DNA of 63,462 nt, filler included, from Stramenopiles sp. TOSAG23-3 (taxonomy: Eukaryota): assembly GCA_900128585.1 (NCBI GenBank). It is 9 parts of 9 records of this genome, joined end to end, with 100 filler letters (N's around TTAATTAATTAA, not from the genome) between each part and the next. Parts side by side here need not be neighbours in the genome. Positions count along the whole stretch, not along the records: positions 48,828 to 58,463 come from LT642897.1; positions 58,564 to 60,130 come from LT645687.1; positions 60,231 to 61,796 come from LT645688.1; positions 61,897 to 63,462 come from LT645689.1; 5 more parts are not named here. One strand, given 5' to 3'. Below, in pieces: positions 54,332 to 63,462 of the stretch (positions are counted from its first letter, which is position 1; each line of letters starts with the position of its first letter). The notes beneath the pieces were generated by a model. It did not search any database. It was not told the DNA's origin and worked only from the letters and a program-made list of their open reading frames with translations. The position numbers and the translations under genes were made by a program.

Positions 54332-56413
54332 ATGTTCAAGACATTCAAAGGTTACTTCAAAGGGAAGAAGTCGTTGCGGTTCAGCAAAGATGGAAAACCG
54401 CTGGACCGCCACAACTTTGAAAACGCCATGGACGCCGCCTTGGACGACACCGTGTCCCCCCGCCAGCGGGCCCAACGACTTGAGGATGTGCACGTATACA
54501 CCTCACAGCCTGTATTCAAGTATGCCAAACAGGTCGACCTTGCCTGGTCCAGGGATATTATGATAGAACTGTGGCGTTCGATCATGTCTATGATGAACAT
54601 GCAGGGGGAGAGGCTCCCCAACGAAGCCCGCCAAGCCTGCAACAAGTGTATCTTGGGCATTATCAAGCGGAAAGAGTTTCGCCTGGAGATTATGGGGTTC
54701 AACCCGGACGAGATAACAATCGACAAGAACGACGAGCCGGTGTGGCGCAGATACTACAGCCTTTTGCGGAATACGTTCGTGTACTGCGTTCGCCGAATCA
54801 ACCAAGTAGAAAGCATGGCGTGCAACATCGGGAGCGACCGGTCCGTTACCAGGGGCCTGCCGTACTCGCAAGATTACGTCGGGGGTGAGCTCGCATTCTG
54901 TTCGGAAATTCTTGCAATATCGTACTTCAGAATACCAGGCGTGACCCTTCACGTGGTCCAACGGGTTCGGGCGGTGCTGATGTTGAAGAGGCCCCAGCTT
55001 CTGCTCCCGGACGATTCAAAACCAAAATCAAGGCGAAAGCAGGGGCGGAGCTCAAAATCGATCATAAAGGGGATGCGCGTGTTTACCTCGCCGCACTCGA
55101 AGCGCGCCACGTCCCTGATGAGGACGATTACGAAGCAGGCAGAGGAGCGGGTGGAGGACACTAGGTTCGCAGAAATGAACCCGTCTTTGTTTTTTTGGCA
55201 GTTTGTTGGGACGGATTCGAGCGGCGACGACGATGAAATTGAAATGTGTTTTGTGGACGGGAAGAATGCATGGCTAGACAAGCTGCAGTGGAGCGGGTAC
55301 TTCTACGCGGCGTTCATGCACTCGTGGGTGTCGCACGTACGGGGCACTGTCGAAAGCGACGGTGCGATACGCTTTGGCACGCTCCCCGGATTTCCCATTT
55401 TGTTGAAGTTGTACATATGTCTGTTAGAGGAGCGTTATTTCTACGAGTACGATAGCGCAACGACCCGTTCGAAAGTGGTCGTCGGCTCACCGGCCTTGAC
55501 AATCGAAGATGGCTTGGGTCTCGTCGACGATACGGTCACCGTCCACCGTTTCGTGGCCGACACCCCAAGGGCGATGAATATGGTGATGAAAGTCAGCAAA
55601 GACATGCTTACCGTGTGCCCCTATTTGTTCAATATATTCGTGCCCTTGGCGATCGAAAACACCAGCATTCACTACTCAAAGTGCGTGGAGGTTTGCATGA
55701 ACGACATCAACGAGTACTTGAAGGTGCTCAAGAACGCTGGGGCCCGCGTCAACGTGATAGAAAAATCTTTGGTCCCCCGGGCCCTGGTGCTGTTGTCGAC
55801 GCACGAGCACCACCGCCAACTCCTGTGCGCGTTTCGTTTCATTTACAGCAACGAAATGATGCTCGCGGAGATGAAGATTGATATTCGTGGCGAAGTTTTT
55901 GAAGACTGCTTGCTTCGCCCGCAAACATTTTTTAAGTTTTTTTTGCACTGGGAGTACACCGTCCGGGTGACCTTTTTTCACCTGCTCGTGTTTCGGCTGT
56001 TCGTCCTTCCCCGGCAAGCCCTGAAACTGGCGTCGGACAAAGCAATCGTTGCGCCTCACGTCTTCCAAGCTGCCCAAAACCGCACGAAGCAGCTGCTGAA
56101 GCCGTCGCGGCACCCCAGTTTTGGCACCGACCAGCGCTTAGCGGCACTGTTGGAAGGCAACCTGGCGAGCGTGCACCATGATCGATTGGGAAAGCCGGGG
56201 CCCTCTGCCATTCCAAAAGACAAGGCCGTTTACGCAGCCAAGGCGTTCGCAGGCTACAGCCGCATTGTTGAAGAGTATTACAGAAGGTCCCTGGCTTCGC
56301 TTGATGGGATTGTAAACGGCCCTGCACAAGTAAACGTTGAGATCGAGACCCCGCCCCCGCCGAGCAAAGTTCGTAAGGGAAAGCTGAAGCATTACGGCAC
56401 GAGTGAATTTTAG
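54332..56413 (+). CDS. DUF1765-like protein
   Basis: ILAISYFRIP and FFKFFLHWEYTVRVTFFHLLVFRL resemble DUF1765 motifs. Confidence 0.7.
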   Translation: MFKTFKGYFKGKKSLRFSKDGKPLDRHNFENAMDAALDDTVSPRQRAQRLEDVHVYTSQPVFKYAKQVDLAWSRDIMIELWRSIMSMMNMQGERLPNEARQACNKCILGIIKRKEFRLEIMGFNPDEITIDKNDEPVWRRYYSLLRNTFVYCVRRINQVESMACNIGSDRSVTRGLPYSQDYVGGELAFCSEILAISYFRIPGVTLHVVQRVRAVLMLKRPQLLLPDDSKPKSRRKQGRSSKSIIKGMRVFTSPHSKRATSLMRTITKQAEERVEDTRFAEMNPSLFFWQFVGTDSSGDDDEIEMCFVDGKNAWLDKLQWSGYFYAAFMHSWVSHVRGTVESDGAIRFGTLPGFPILLKLYICLLEERYFYEYDSATTRSKVVVGSPALTIEDGLGLVDDTVTVHRFVADTPRAMNMVMKVSKDMLTVCPYLFNIFVPLAIENTSIHYSKCVEVCMNDINEYLKVLKNAGARVNVIEKSLVPRALVLLSTHEHHRQLLCAFRFIYSNEMMLAEMKIDIRGEVFEDCLLRPQTFFKFFLHWEYTVRVTFFHLLVFRLFVLPRQALKLASDKAIVAPHVFQAAQNRTKQLLKPSRHPSFGTDQRLAALLEGNLASVHHDRLGKPGPSAIPKDKAVYAAKAFAGYSRIVEEYYRRSLASLDGIVNGPAQVNVEIETPPPPSKVRKGKLKHYGTSEF

Positions 56414-56942
56414 GTGCTGGCGCAGGGGCAATCAGCTAGGAAGATTTGAGGTGCGATGGCGTGCGGTTGCGATGCATCCATGCATGCAGCAGCAGGGGGC
56501 GGGCGTGGTGGTTATCATATGTTTAACATACCTAAAAAGTCTACTTCGTAATTCTTAAAAGAACAGTTGTAAAATTCTTCGGAGTGCAGAGAAAGAAGTG
56601 GTCACGTTCTACGCCAGCAGTTAATTGTAAATAGTCACAATACAAGATAAAATATCCTTAGCTACGTACGATTTACTTCATAAATTAATGGACCAGTTTA
56701 CAATATCCAATACTATATAATTTGTTTTTTTTCCAATATCATAGAGAAAAAATATAACACCACCGGGGGCAACTAACGCCCCTGGGTCGAGTCTTTCCCG
56801 AGATTGAAGGCCTCGTGGGTCTTTGCGATGAGCATCGTCCCTGTCATTGCCTTCCAAAGCGACCAACCGTACTCCCAAGCTCGCGCTACTTTACAAACCG
56901 TCATAAACTCCGGCGTGCCACCGTTCAGTCCGCAGCACACTG

Positions 56943-57224
56943 TTAATTTCTGGCATTCGCTCGTAGTTTAGGACTAACGCTCTTTTCTTCTAAAAAACTA
57001 GGTGCGGCGGACGCCTTTTTAAACGTGCAACTGCACTGCAAACGTTTTGGGGACGGCTTTGCTTTCGCTACTGGATCCTCATGCACTTCTAGGAACTCAA
57101 AGTGCCCTAGTCCATGGAATTGTTCTGCTAACTCAAACTCCTGTTGTTCTAAAAGCGAGACTTCTGCCCGGCAGAAGATGGCTGCGAAGGACAGGATTAG
57201 TACAACTACAACTCTACTCAACAT
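56943..57224 (-). CDS. Small secreted protein with CxC and SLLE/FEFLE/SFLE motifs
   Basis: Clear signal peptide MLSRVVVVLILSFAAIFCRA; similarity to the protein at 50771-51244. Confidence 0.7.
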   Translation of the reverse strand: MLSRVVVVLILSFAAIFCRAEVSLLEQQEFELAEQFHGLGHFEFLEVHEDPVAKAKPSPKRLQCSCTFKKASAAPSFLEEKSVSPKLRANARN

Positions 57225-58563
57225 CTTTAACGTTAAATTCCAGATGAAATCGTACGAAAGACAACAATATATATCGTGTTCGTTCCACTTTCTTTATTTC
57301 CAATCCGTGCGAATCAATTACCACCAATTGAGCTTGCTCTTTATTAATTGAATTGAACAATCATACACAACTTTACATGCAATACCACTTTTAAAATAAC
57401 TTACAGGAAAGAAAAGCCCCTCCCTCTTTTTTTCTTCATCACTTGTTAATTATTTTTTAATATCATTCTTCTTTCATCTCCTCCTCCCCTTCTTCGTTTC
57501 TTCCTGCTATTCCCCTTTATTTATTAGATGATGATTGATTGCTTTCTCTCCTATTATTTTATTTTTTTTATTTTTATTTCTATTATTTCTTCATCTTCGT
57601 TATTTATTAACATTCCCTGTACTATGTTGATATTAAAATAAATTAACAGTATAAATACTATTAATAGGTATTTCATTCATTTAAATACTATTAAATATGT
57701 ACTTATATTCAATTCCTTCTTCTTTCTTTGCGCCTTGCCTTTCCTTTCCTTCCCTTCCTTGCCCCCCCCACATTTATTAATGAAAAGCCTGCTTTCCTCC
57801 TTCTTTTCAAGATAATGTAGTCTATATACTATGTTACATTTGTATCGTTTATTATTATTATCTAATTAATTAGATTAAAGTATGCTAATAACATTTTTTA
57901 TAATTCCTGCTAAGCCACTAAATTAAAAAATTTAGATTAAATTAAAAGGAAAACTAAAGAACTAAAGTAGCATCAGGAGTGTGTGAGTCAATGAATGACA
58001 ACAGAATGTACACTATTTACATAATAATAGGATAGATAGATAGGAAAGGATGAGATGGAGATAACGAACGAGAACAAAACCCCTAAACCAAACCAATAAC
58101 TTGATACTAAACTAGTCTAATGTAATGAAGACAAATTACATCATATACCATCACTAACTTGAACCCCTCCTCCTCATAGCTATTAGTATGCTATTAAGAT
58201 CGAGTTGCTTATTCACTTATACTAGAGTTGTTTGCTTGTTTTTCTTTTCTTTCTTCGGTTAGGGTTAGGGTTATTTGGTTGTTGGTGGTTGGTCAGTTTT
58301 TTTGTTGTTGTAGTACTGTATAAATATTAATAATTAGAAGAAGAAGTAAGAGGAGGAGCAGCGACGAAGACGACGAGAGAAGACAAAAAAAGAAGAAAGA
58401 AGAAAGAAGAAAGAAGAAAGAAGAAAGAAGAAAGAAGAAAGAAGAAAGAAGAAAGAAGAAAGANNNNNNNNNNNNNNNNNNNNNNNNNNNNNNNNNNNNN
58501 NNNNNNNTTAATTAATTAANNNNNNNNNNNNNNNNNNNNNNNNNNNNNNNNNNNNNNNNNNNN

Positions 58564-60130
58564 GGGCAGACGGAGGCGCAGGTACTGGACGGCCACGGGA
58601 AAGTGCGGTGGGGGGAGAAGGGCGTTCATTTTGACATTAGCATACCCAGAATCATGCTAGGCTCGGATGAAGCTGGGCGTCAGCTGTTCGTCAACATTGA
58701 AATTTTCGAAATAGGCCTGATGGGGAACGCGAGGCTCGTCGGGACGTCCCAGCTGAAGGTGTTCGAAGTCTTTATGAAGTCAACATCGCTTCGGCGTACA
58801 ATGGCGGGGGAGTTGGCTTCGCAAGAGCGAAGGGACGGTAAGGCGCAATTTCATGCGTTCAAGGATGGGCGGGCGATGCGGGAAACGTTTGACGGGGTCG
58901 TTGAGATAATGAACCCCATGGTTGCACGGGCCGAGAGCAAGCGGGCGGCCGAGTTGTTCCCGTCGGGCATCGTCACCCTGCCGACGGTGCGGCAGAGAGA
59001 GATCGACGACCTTGCGTGGGGGGGTGGAGACATCATAGAAGTTTGCGGGCAGGTGGAGGTTTCACTGGGCATTATAGCTCCGACGGCGCTTGAGAGCAAC
59101 AAGACGGTGCTCGGAGTGACTGGGTGGCTCAAGCAGCGGTTCGACGAGTTCGATTCTAAAATGGCCCAATTGCCGTCTTGGTCGAGCGCCACGGCGAACG
59201 ACGAGGGCGAGGCGGCCTCTGCAAACGAGCAGCGCAAGGAGGAGTTTGAAACAGGCACCTCGCTGGAGTACCTGGCAGGTTGCCATGCAATGCAGCTCCT
59301 GTTCGGGTTTTCCCAGAACCTGGTGGATCAAATAGACCGGGAAGACGAGGAATCGGACGATGACGAGGACGACGGGGTGGGCGAAGAAAAGGGCTCTCAG
59401 GCCAAAGCGGCCAGGGCAGAACCGAAGCGCAGCCGCGAAAGCAAAACGATCGACCAGGTAACGGATGGCCTGGGCACAGTGCAGGATTTGAAACAGAAAT
59501 TTTACGCCAGGGTAAAGGGGGGCAAGCGGGCGTTCCAGAAAGAACGCCGTGGGTACCTGGAAGGCTTAAAGGGCAAAGTTGTGCAATTGGACGTGGAAAA
59601 TTTGAGCCAGAGGGAAATCCACCTGTGCAACATTCTGAGGTCCGAAGATGAATATTCGCAAATGCTCGATGATTTGATCGAAAGGCTGGTGGACCCGAGT
59701 CTCGCCATCGCCAGCGGTGCAAACGTCAGTGTTAACACTATCGGTAGCCTTGGCACTGCCAGTCAAAGGACCAATTTTGGTGGTAGAAACTCGAGAGTCG
59801 GTACAAGGGGAAGGAATACGAATATTCCCATTCCTGCCCGTACCATTGTGGCGCTAAACGCGCTGAAACAAATACATACTCTGAACAAGGAATTGTTAAA
59901 GACACTCACCGATGCGATCTTGGTAAAGGCAGCCAAAGAAAAATCAGAGAAGCGAGACAAACAATTCATCGTAGAAAACGCTTGTGTTGGAAACCTGTTC
60001 GACAATTTCGGGACAAGTTTCAAAATTTATGCTGACTTTGCGGCCAACTTTGGCGACTTTGTAAAGTCGTTCAATGAGATGCCATCCTTTGCAGCGGTTA
60101 TGAACGCGTTCAGGATGCATTTGTTCACTA
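58564..60130 (+). CDS. Partial RhoGEF (DH domain) protein
   Basis: ILRSEDEYSQMLDDL..LVDP, LKQIHTLNKELL and VGNLF..FKIYADFAANF; open across the whole contig. Confidence 0.7.
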
Positions 60131-60230
60131 NNNNNNNNNNNNNNNNNNNNNNNNNNNNNNNNNNNNNNNNNNNNTTAATTAATTAANNNNNNNNNNNNNN
60201 NNNNNNNNNNNNNNNNNNNNNNNNNNNNNN

Positions 60231-61681
60231 AAATCCCTCTTGGGGACGGTCGCCAGGAAATGCAGTGGCTACGCGCCAGAGCTGTTTTGGTAGACATGGA
60301 AGAAAGCGTTCTGAACGAAACGCTGTCAGGCCCCCTCGGGGAATTGTTCGACAGTCGCCAAATGATAAAAGATGTTTCAGGATCTGGTAACAATTGGGCA
60401 CATGGCCACTGTGTTTATGGTCCAAAGTACGAAGCAAAAATTTTAGACACCATACGCCAGGCAACTGAGCTATGCGACTCGCTGCAGTCTTTTTTCTTGA
60501 TCCATTCCCTGGGGGGTGGAACCGGTTCGGGACTTGGCACGTACATTCTCAGCATGCTAGAGGACAATTTTCCGGATGTCTACCGTTTTACCACCGCAAT
60601 TGTACCTTCGCGCACGGACGATGTGATCACGTCCCCGTACAACAGCATGTTAAGTTTGCGAGAATTGGTGGACCACGCCGATTGTGTTTTGCCCATGGAA
60701 AATAAGGCTCTGATTGATATTTGCAATCGTGCGGGAAAGTTGGCGAACAGAGGGAATGCGGCAGGTGGTGGGAAAGTTATCACATCTACAATTACAGGTG
60801 ATAGCCACAGGAACAACAGAGTACACACAGCCGATAAAATGAGCCCTGGCCGTGCCGGTTTTGATGCAATGAACAATGTTGCGGCGCATGTTTTGACCAA
60901 TTTAACATGCAGCATGCGCTTTCCGGGCCCCCTAAACGTGGACTTGAACGAGATCACAACTAATATGGTACCCTTCCGTGGTCTGCACTTTTTAATGCCA
61001 AGCCTAAGCCCTACTGTGGCAACTTTTACCGACAAACAATACCAAGGGAGTCAAAAGAAGAGTACAATGCGGTCCCGGGCCCTAAATAGACACTCCGCGA
61101 GTGCTAGCTCCCGCGCGAGTGAACCTACGCGCGAAAGGACTTCTGGGTTAAACCAGGTGTTTACGGAGGCATTCTCACGAAAGAACCAATTAGTTTGTGG
61201 GGATCCCAGGTCGCACATGTACCTTTCTTGTGCGATAATTGTACGGGGGTCAAATTCATGCGTGTCGAGCATACAGAAGAATATAGAGCGAATGAAAAAG
61301 AAAATAAAAATGCCCCCATGGAACTTGGATGGGTTTAAAGTTGGAATCTGCGCTACGCCATCTACGGCGGCACCGTTTTCGTCGTCTGCCCTTTGCCTGG
61401 CAAATAATTGTGCAATTGCCGGAACCTTTCGTGGCATACAGGAAGATTTTTATCGTATATATAGACGAAAGGCCCACGTTCACCATTACACCGAGTTTAT
61501 GGAGCAATCTCGTTTTGAAGAAGCAAATGAGTCGGTGTGTAACCTCATCGAATTATATGAGCAGCTAGATTCGAGTGTCTCATATAACTCAGCTGGTGGC
61601 ATATTTGCAACGAAAACTAGTACAAGCGAACAAGTGAGACCACAGCTATTTCGGAGGACCGGGCCAGTGGTTGGAGTGTGA
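60231..61681 (+). CDS. TUBE1: Epsilon-tubulin (5'-truncated)
   Basis: LRARAVLVDMEE, DVSGSGNNWAHGH, HSLGGGTGSG, DDVITSPYNS, LNVDLNEITTN and YRRKAHVHHY. Confidence 0.93.
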
Positions 61682-61684
61682 ATT

Positions 61685-61713
61685 AAAAAACAAGAAAATT
61701 GTCTGTTATTTAA
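61685..61713 (+). other. Conserved intergenic element, copy 7
   Basis: AAAAAACAAGAAAATTGTCTGTTATTTAA (one G>T), starting 4 nt after the stop. Confidence 0.88.
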
Positions 61714-61896
61714 GTAGTTAAAATTAATGTACTGCGAACTGAAATCTAGATTTAGACTTTCTAGGTTTACATTCCTTCATGAACTGCGAACTTATCNNNN
61801 NNNNNNNNNNNNNNNNNNNNNNNNNNNNNNNNNNNNNNNNTTAATTAATTAANNNNNNNNNNNNNNNNNNNNNNNNNNNNNNNNNNNNNNNNNNNN

Positions 61897-62705
61897 TGAA
61901 ACTACCGGAGAATTTTGTTGAATTGTCAGCGTTGCGCAGAGTAATTCTGCTGAGTGGGCCTTTGAAGCAGTTGCCACGGAACACGGAAAAGTTGACCAGG
62001 ATGAGGTATTTTGACGTGTCATTTAATGACTTGTTGGCGTTTGATGTTGACATATCTTTGTGGGAAAAATTGATAGCCTTAGGAATTCCCTACAATAATA
62101 TAACCAGGGTTCATCCAAGCGTATGGAAACACAAAACGCTCGTCAGTTTACGAGTGAATAGTAACGTAGGCTTATCGTTACCTCCAGAGAAGGGGGGCGT
62201 ATACCTGCCAAATGTTTTTTTTCTGGATGCGACAAACAACAGTGCTAGACTCCCACAGAGGTTGGGTCCCGATGAACTACCAAACATTGGAGCACTTGGT
62301 ATAGATGGCAATATACTAAATGATGGTATATTTCCACACGGTTTTAGTAAATTGTCTGACTCAATTCAGACTCTGGCAATTGCTCGACTTGGGCTTCGCT
62401 CCATGCCTGATTTCTTGACAACGTTTGGCAATTTGCAGTATCTGGACGCCAGAAATAATAGTATTGCAAACTTATCTAGTCCATTAACCGAATACTTTAG
62501 AATGCGAAGAGAGGTAGAAAATGGGATTGAACTTTACTTTTCGGGGAATCCAGGGTGTGCTGCGCACTCCATGCAACTGCCGGCGTGTGAGCCATTGTGC
62601 TCTGAATATTGTCGTTCACACTCATTAGTACAAGATGGGAAAATTTGTGACCCCTCATGCGACTCCACAACGTGTCAATTTGACGGCGGTGACTGTTTAT
62701 TGTGA
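61897..62705 (+). CDS. Leucine-rich-repeat protein with a C-terminal LNR/Notch-like module (5'-truncated)
   Basis: LxxLxLxxN repeats; CDPSCDSTTCQFDGGDC. Confidence 0.8.
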
Positions 62706-62736
62706 GCCCAACGAAGAAGCTAAATTTAATTACTAC

Positions 62737-62764
62737 TTAAACAACAGCCAATTTTCTTATTTTT
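62737..62764 (-). other. Conserved intergenic element, copy 8
   Basis: Reverse complement reads AAAAATAAGAAAATTGGCTGTTGTTTAA. Confidence 0.88.
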
Positions 62765-62906
62765 ATGATATCATAACATATAAATAGTTTTTTTTTCATG
62801 ACAAGAAAGTATCTTACTGGAATGACATGATAACTATGATATATGGTAAACAAAATATGCAGTTTATCGTTCATATTGAATAAGATCAATTGACAAAACT
62901 TTACAC

Positions 62907-63462
62907 TTAGCACATTGGAGGCCTTGTAATCCCAGCCGCAACAAGGAGCCTTCGCCGACGCGTTTCCAAACACCCCGACTCCGTCAGCTTCCCCTTGCAG
63001 TCTTCCCAATCAAACGACGGCCTTCCTTTCTCATCAGTCTCTACTTTCACGTGAAACACTGCTACATCTCCCCCAGCTTTAACCTCTGGCGCTTTAATCC
63101 CTACGTGAACCAGAAACTCGAACGCTTTGTTCTTTTCTGGGCAACAGAGTTGTTTTGCGTTGTCTTTGCAAGTGAAGGAAGCGACGAAGCCAAACAGGCT
63201 GTTCGGGTCAGGCTTGAGTGCCAACCCTTCTACTGTCCCCTCACCACCCACGGGTTTGAACTGGAACGTTATGTCTTTTGTTTTAAGTGTCCTTCCGTCG
63301 CTTGTCTTGCTGTACTTTTCCCAAAAATTGTCCCCTTCGCCTTGCGGATCTTTGCCGCTCTTAATGAGAACCGAGTGGGTCTTTTCGGGCACATTCAGGT
63401 CTAAATACAACGGCTTGCACGTGGCCGTTTGCTTCAAACGGCGCCTCCGGCGGCGTCGCGAC
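62907..63462 (-). CDS. 5'-truncated protein with poly-Arg-Leu motifs and an RRRRLL...C terminus
   Basis: Frame open from the window edge: SRRRRRRRLKQTATC...ETRRRRLLVAAGITRPPMC*. Confidence 0.7.
   Translation of the reverse strand, partial: SRRRRRRRLKQTATCKPLYLDLNVPEKTHSVLIKSGKDPQGEGDNFWEKYSKTSDGRTLKTKDITFQFKPVGGEGTVEGLALKPDPNSLFGFVASFTCKDNAKQLCCPEKNKAFEFLVHVGIKAPEVKAGGDVAVFHVKVETDEKGRPSFDWEDCKGKLTESGCLETRRRRLLVAAGITRPPMC

Noticed and set aside
4288-61681. Apparent tubulin-biogenesis cluster (ARL2, Misato, epsilon-tubulin)
   Set aside because: The genes are on different contigs joined artificially.
9689-61896. TTAATTAATTAA palindrome recurring every ~9.7 kb
   Set aside because: Always embedded in 44+44 N; it is a six-frame-stop contig linker, and the periodicity reflects length-sorted contigs.
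7287-62764. 27-bp element as a CRISPR repeat or spliced leader
   Set aside because: Copies are single and dispersed, with no spacers or cas genes, and lie at 3' rather than 5' ends.
1-63462. Alternative genetic code, tRNA/rRNA genes, transposase or viral genes
   Set aside because: Conserved genes end properly at TAA, TAG and TGA; no cloverleaf, rRNA, reverse transcriptase, transposase or capsid signature was recognised by eye.

Overview
Eukaryotic nuclear DNA from a compact, intron-poor protist genome. It is probably a flagellated stramenopile-like microbe (inferred from epsilon-tubulin, Rab23, PA28, RRRLL-bearing cysteine-rich proteins and spliceosomal introns with CTAAC branch points). The window is not contiguous. 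It consists of nine unrelated contigs (six of ~9.6-9.7 kb, three of ~1.57 kb, in decreasing length) joined by artificial N44-TTAATTAATTAA-N44 linkers, so adjacency across linkers has no meaning. About 30 genes lie in GC-richer blocks separated by very AT-rich spacers. They include a family II pyrophosphatase, sphingosine kinase, ARL2, MTHFR, RNF170, a cytidine-deaminase-domain protein, ASNSD1, Rab23-like, PA28, ankyrin-JmjC, a cyclin, an IQ protein, Misato, STIMATE, DUF1765, a RhoGEF and epsilon-tubulin. The most striking signal is non-coding: a nearly invariant ~27-bp element, AAAACAAGAAAATTGGCTGTTATTTAA, has one intact copy in each of the 8 contigs that contain intergenic DNA. It always lies in a 3' flank of functionally unrelated genes, which makes it a candidate genome-wide chromosomal element (origin, terminator or insulator) or a 3'-UTR element. 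Other notable items are an ATG split by an intron, a 14-nt micro-exon, a ~65-bp dispersed repeat with a possible target-site duplication, a candidate structured RNA, recurrent promoter-type words, and two pairs of putative secreted precursors carrying SFLE/CxC or RRRLL...C motifs.
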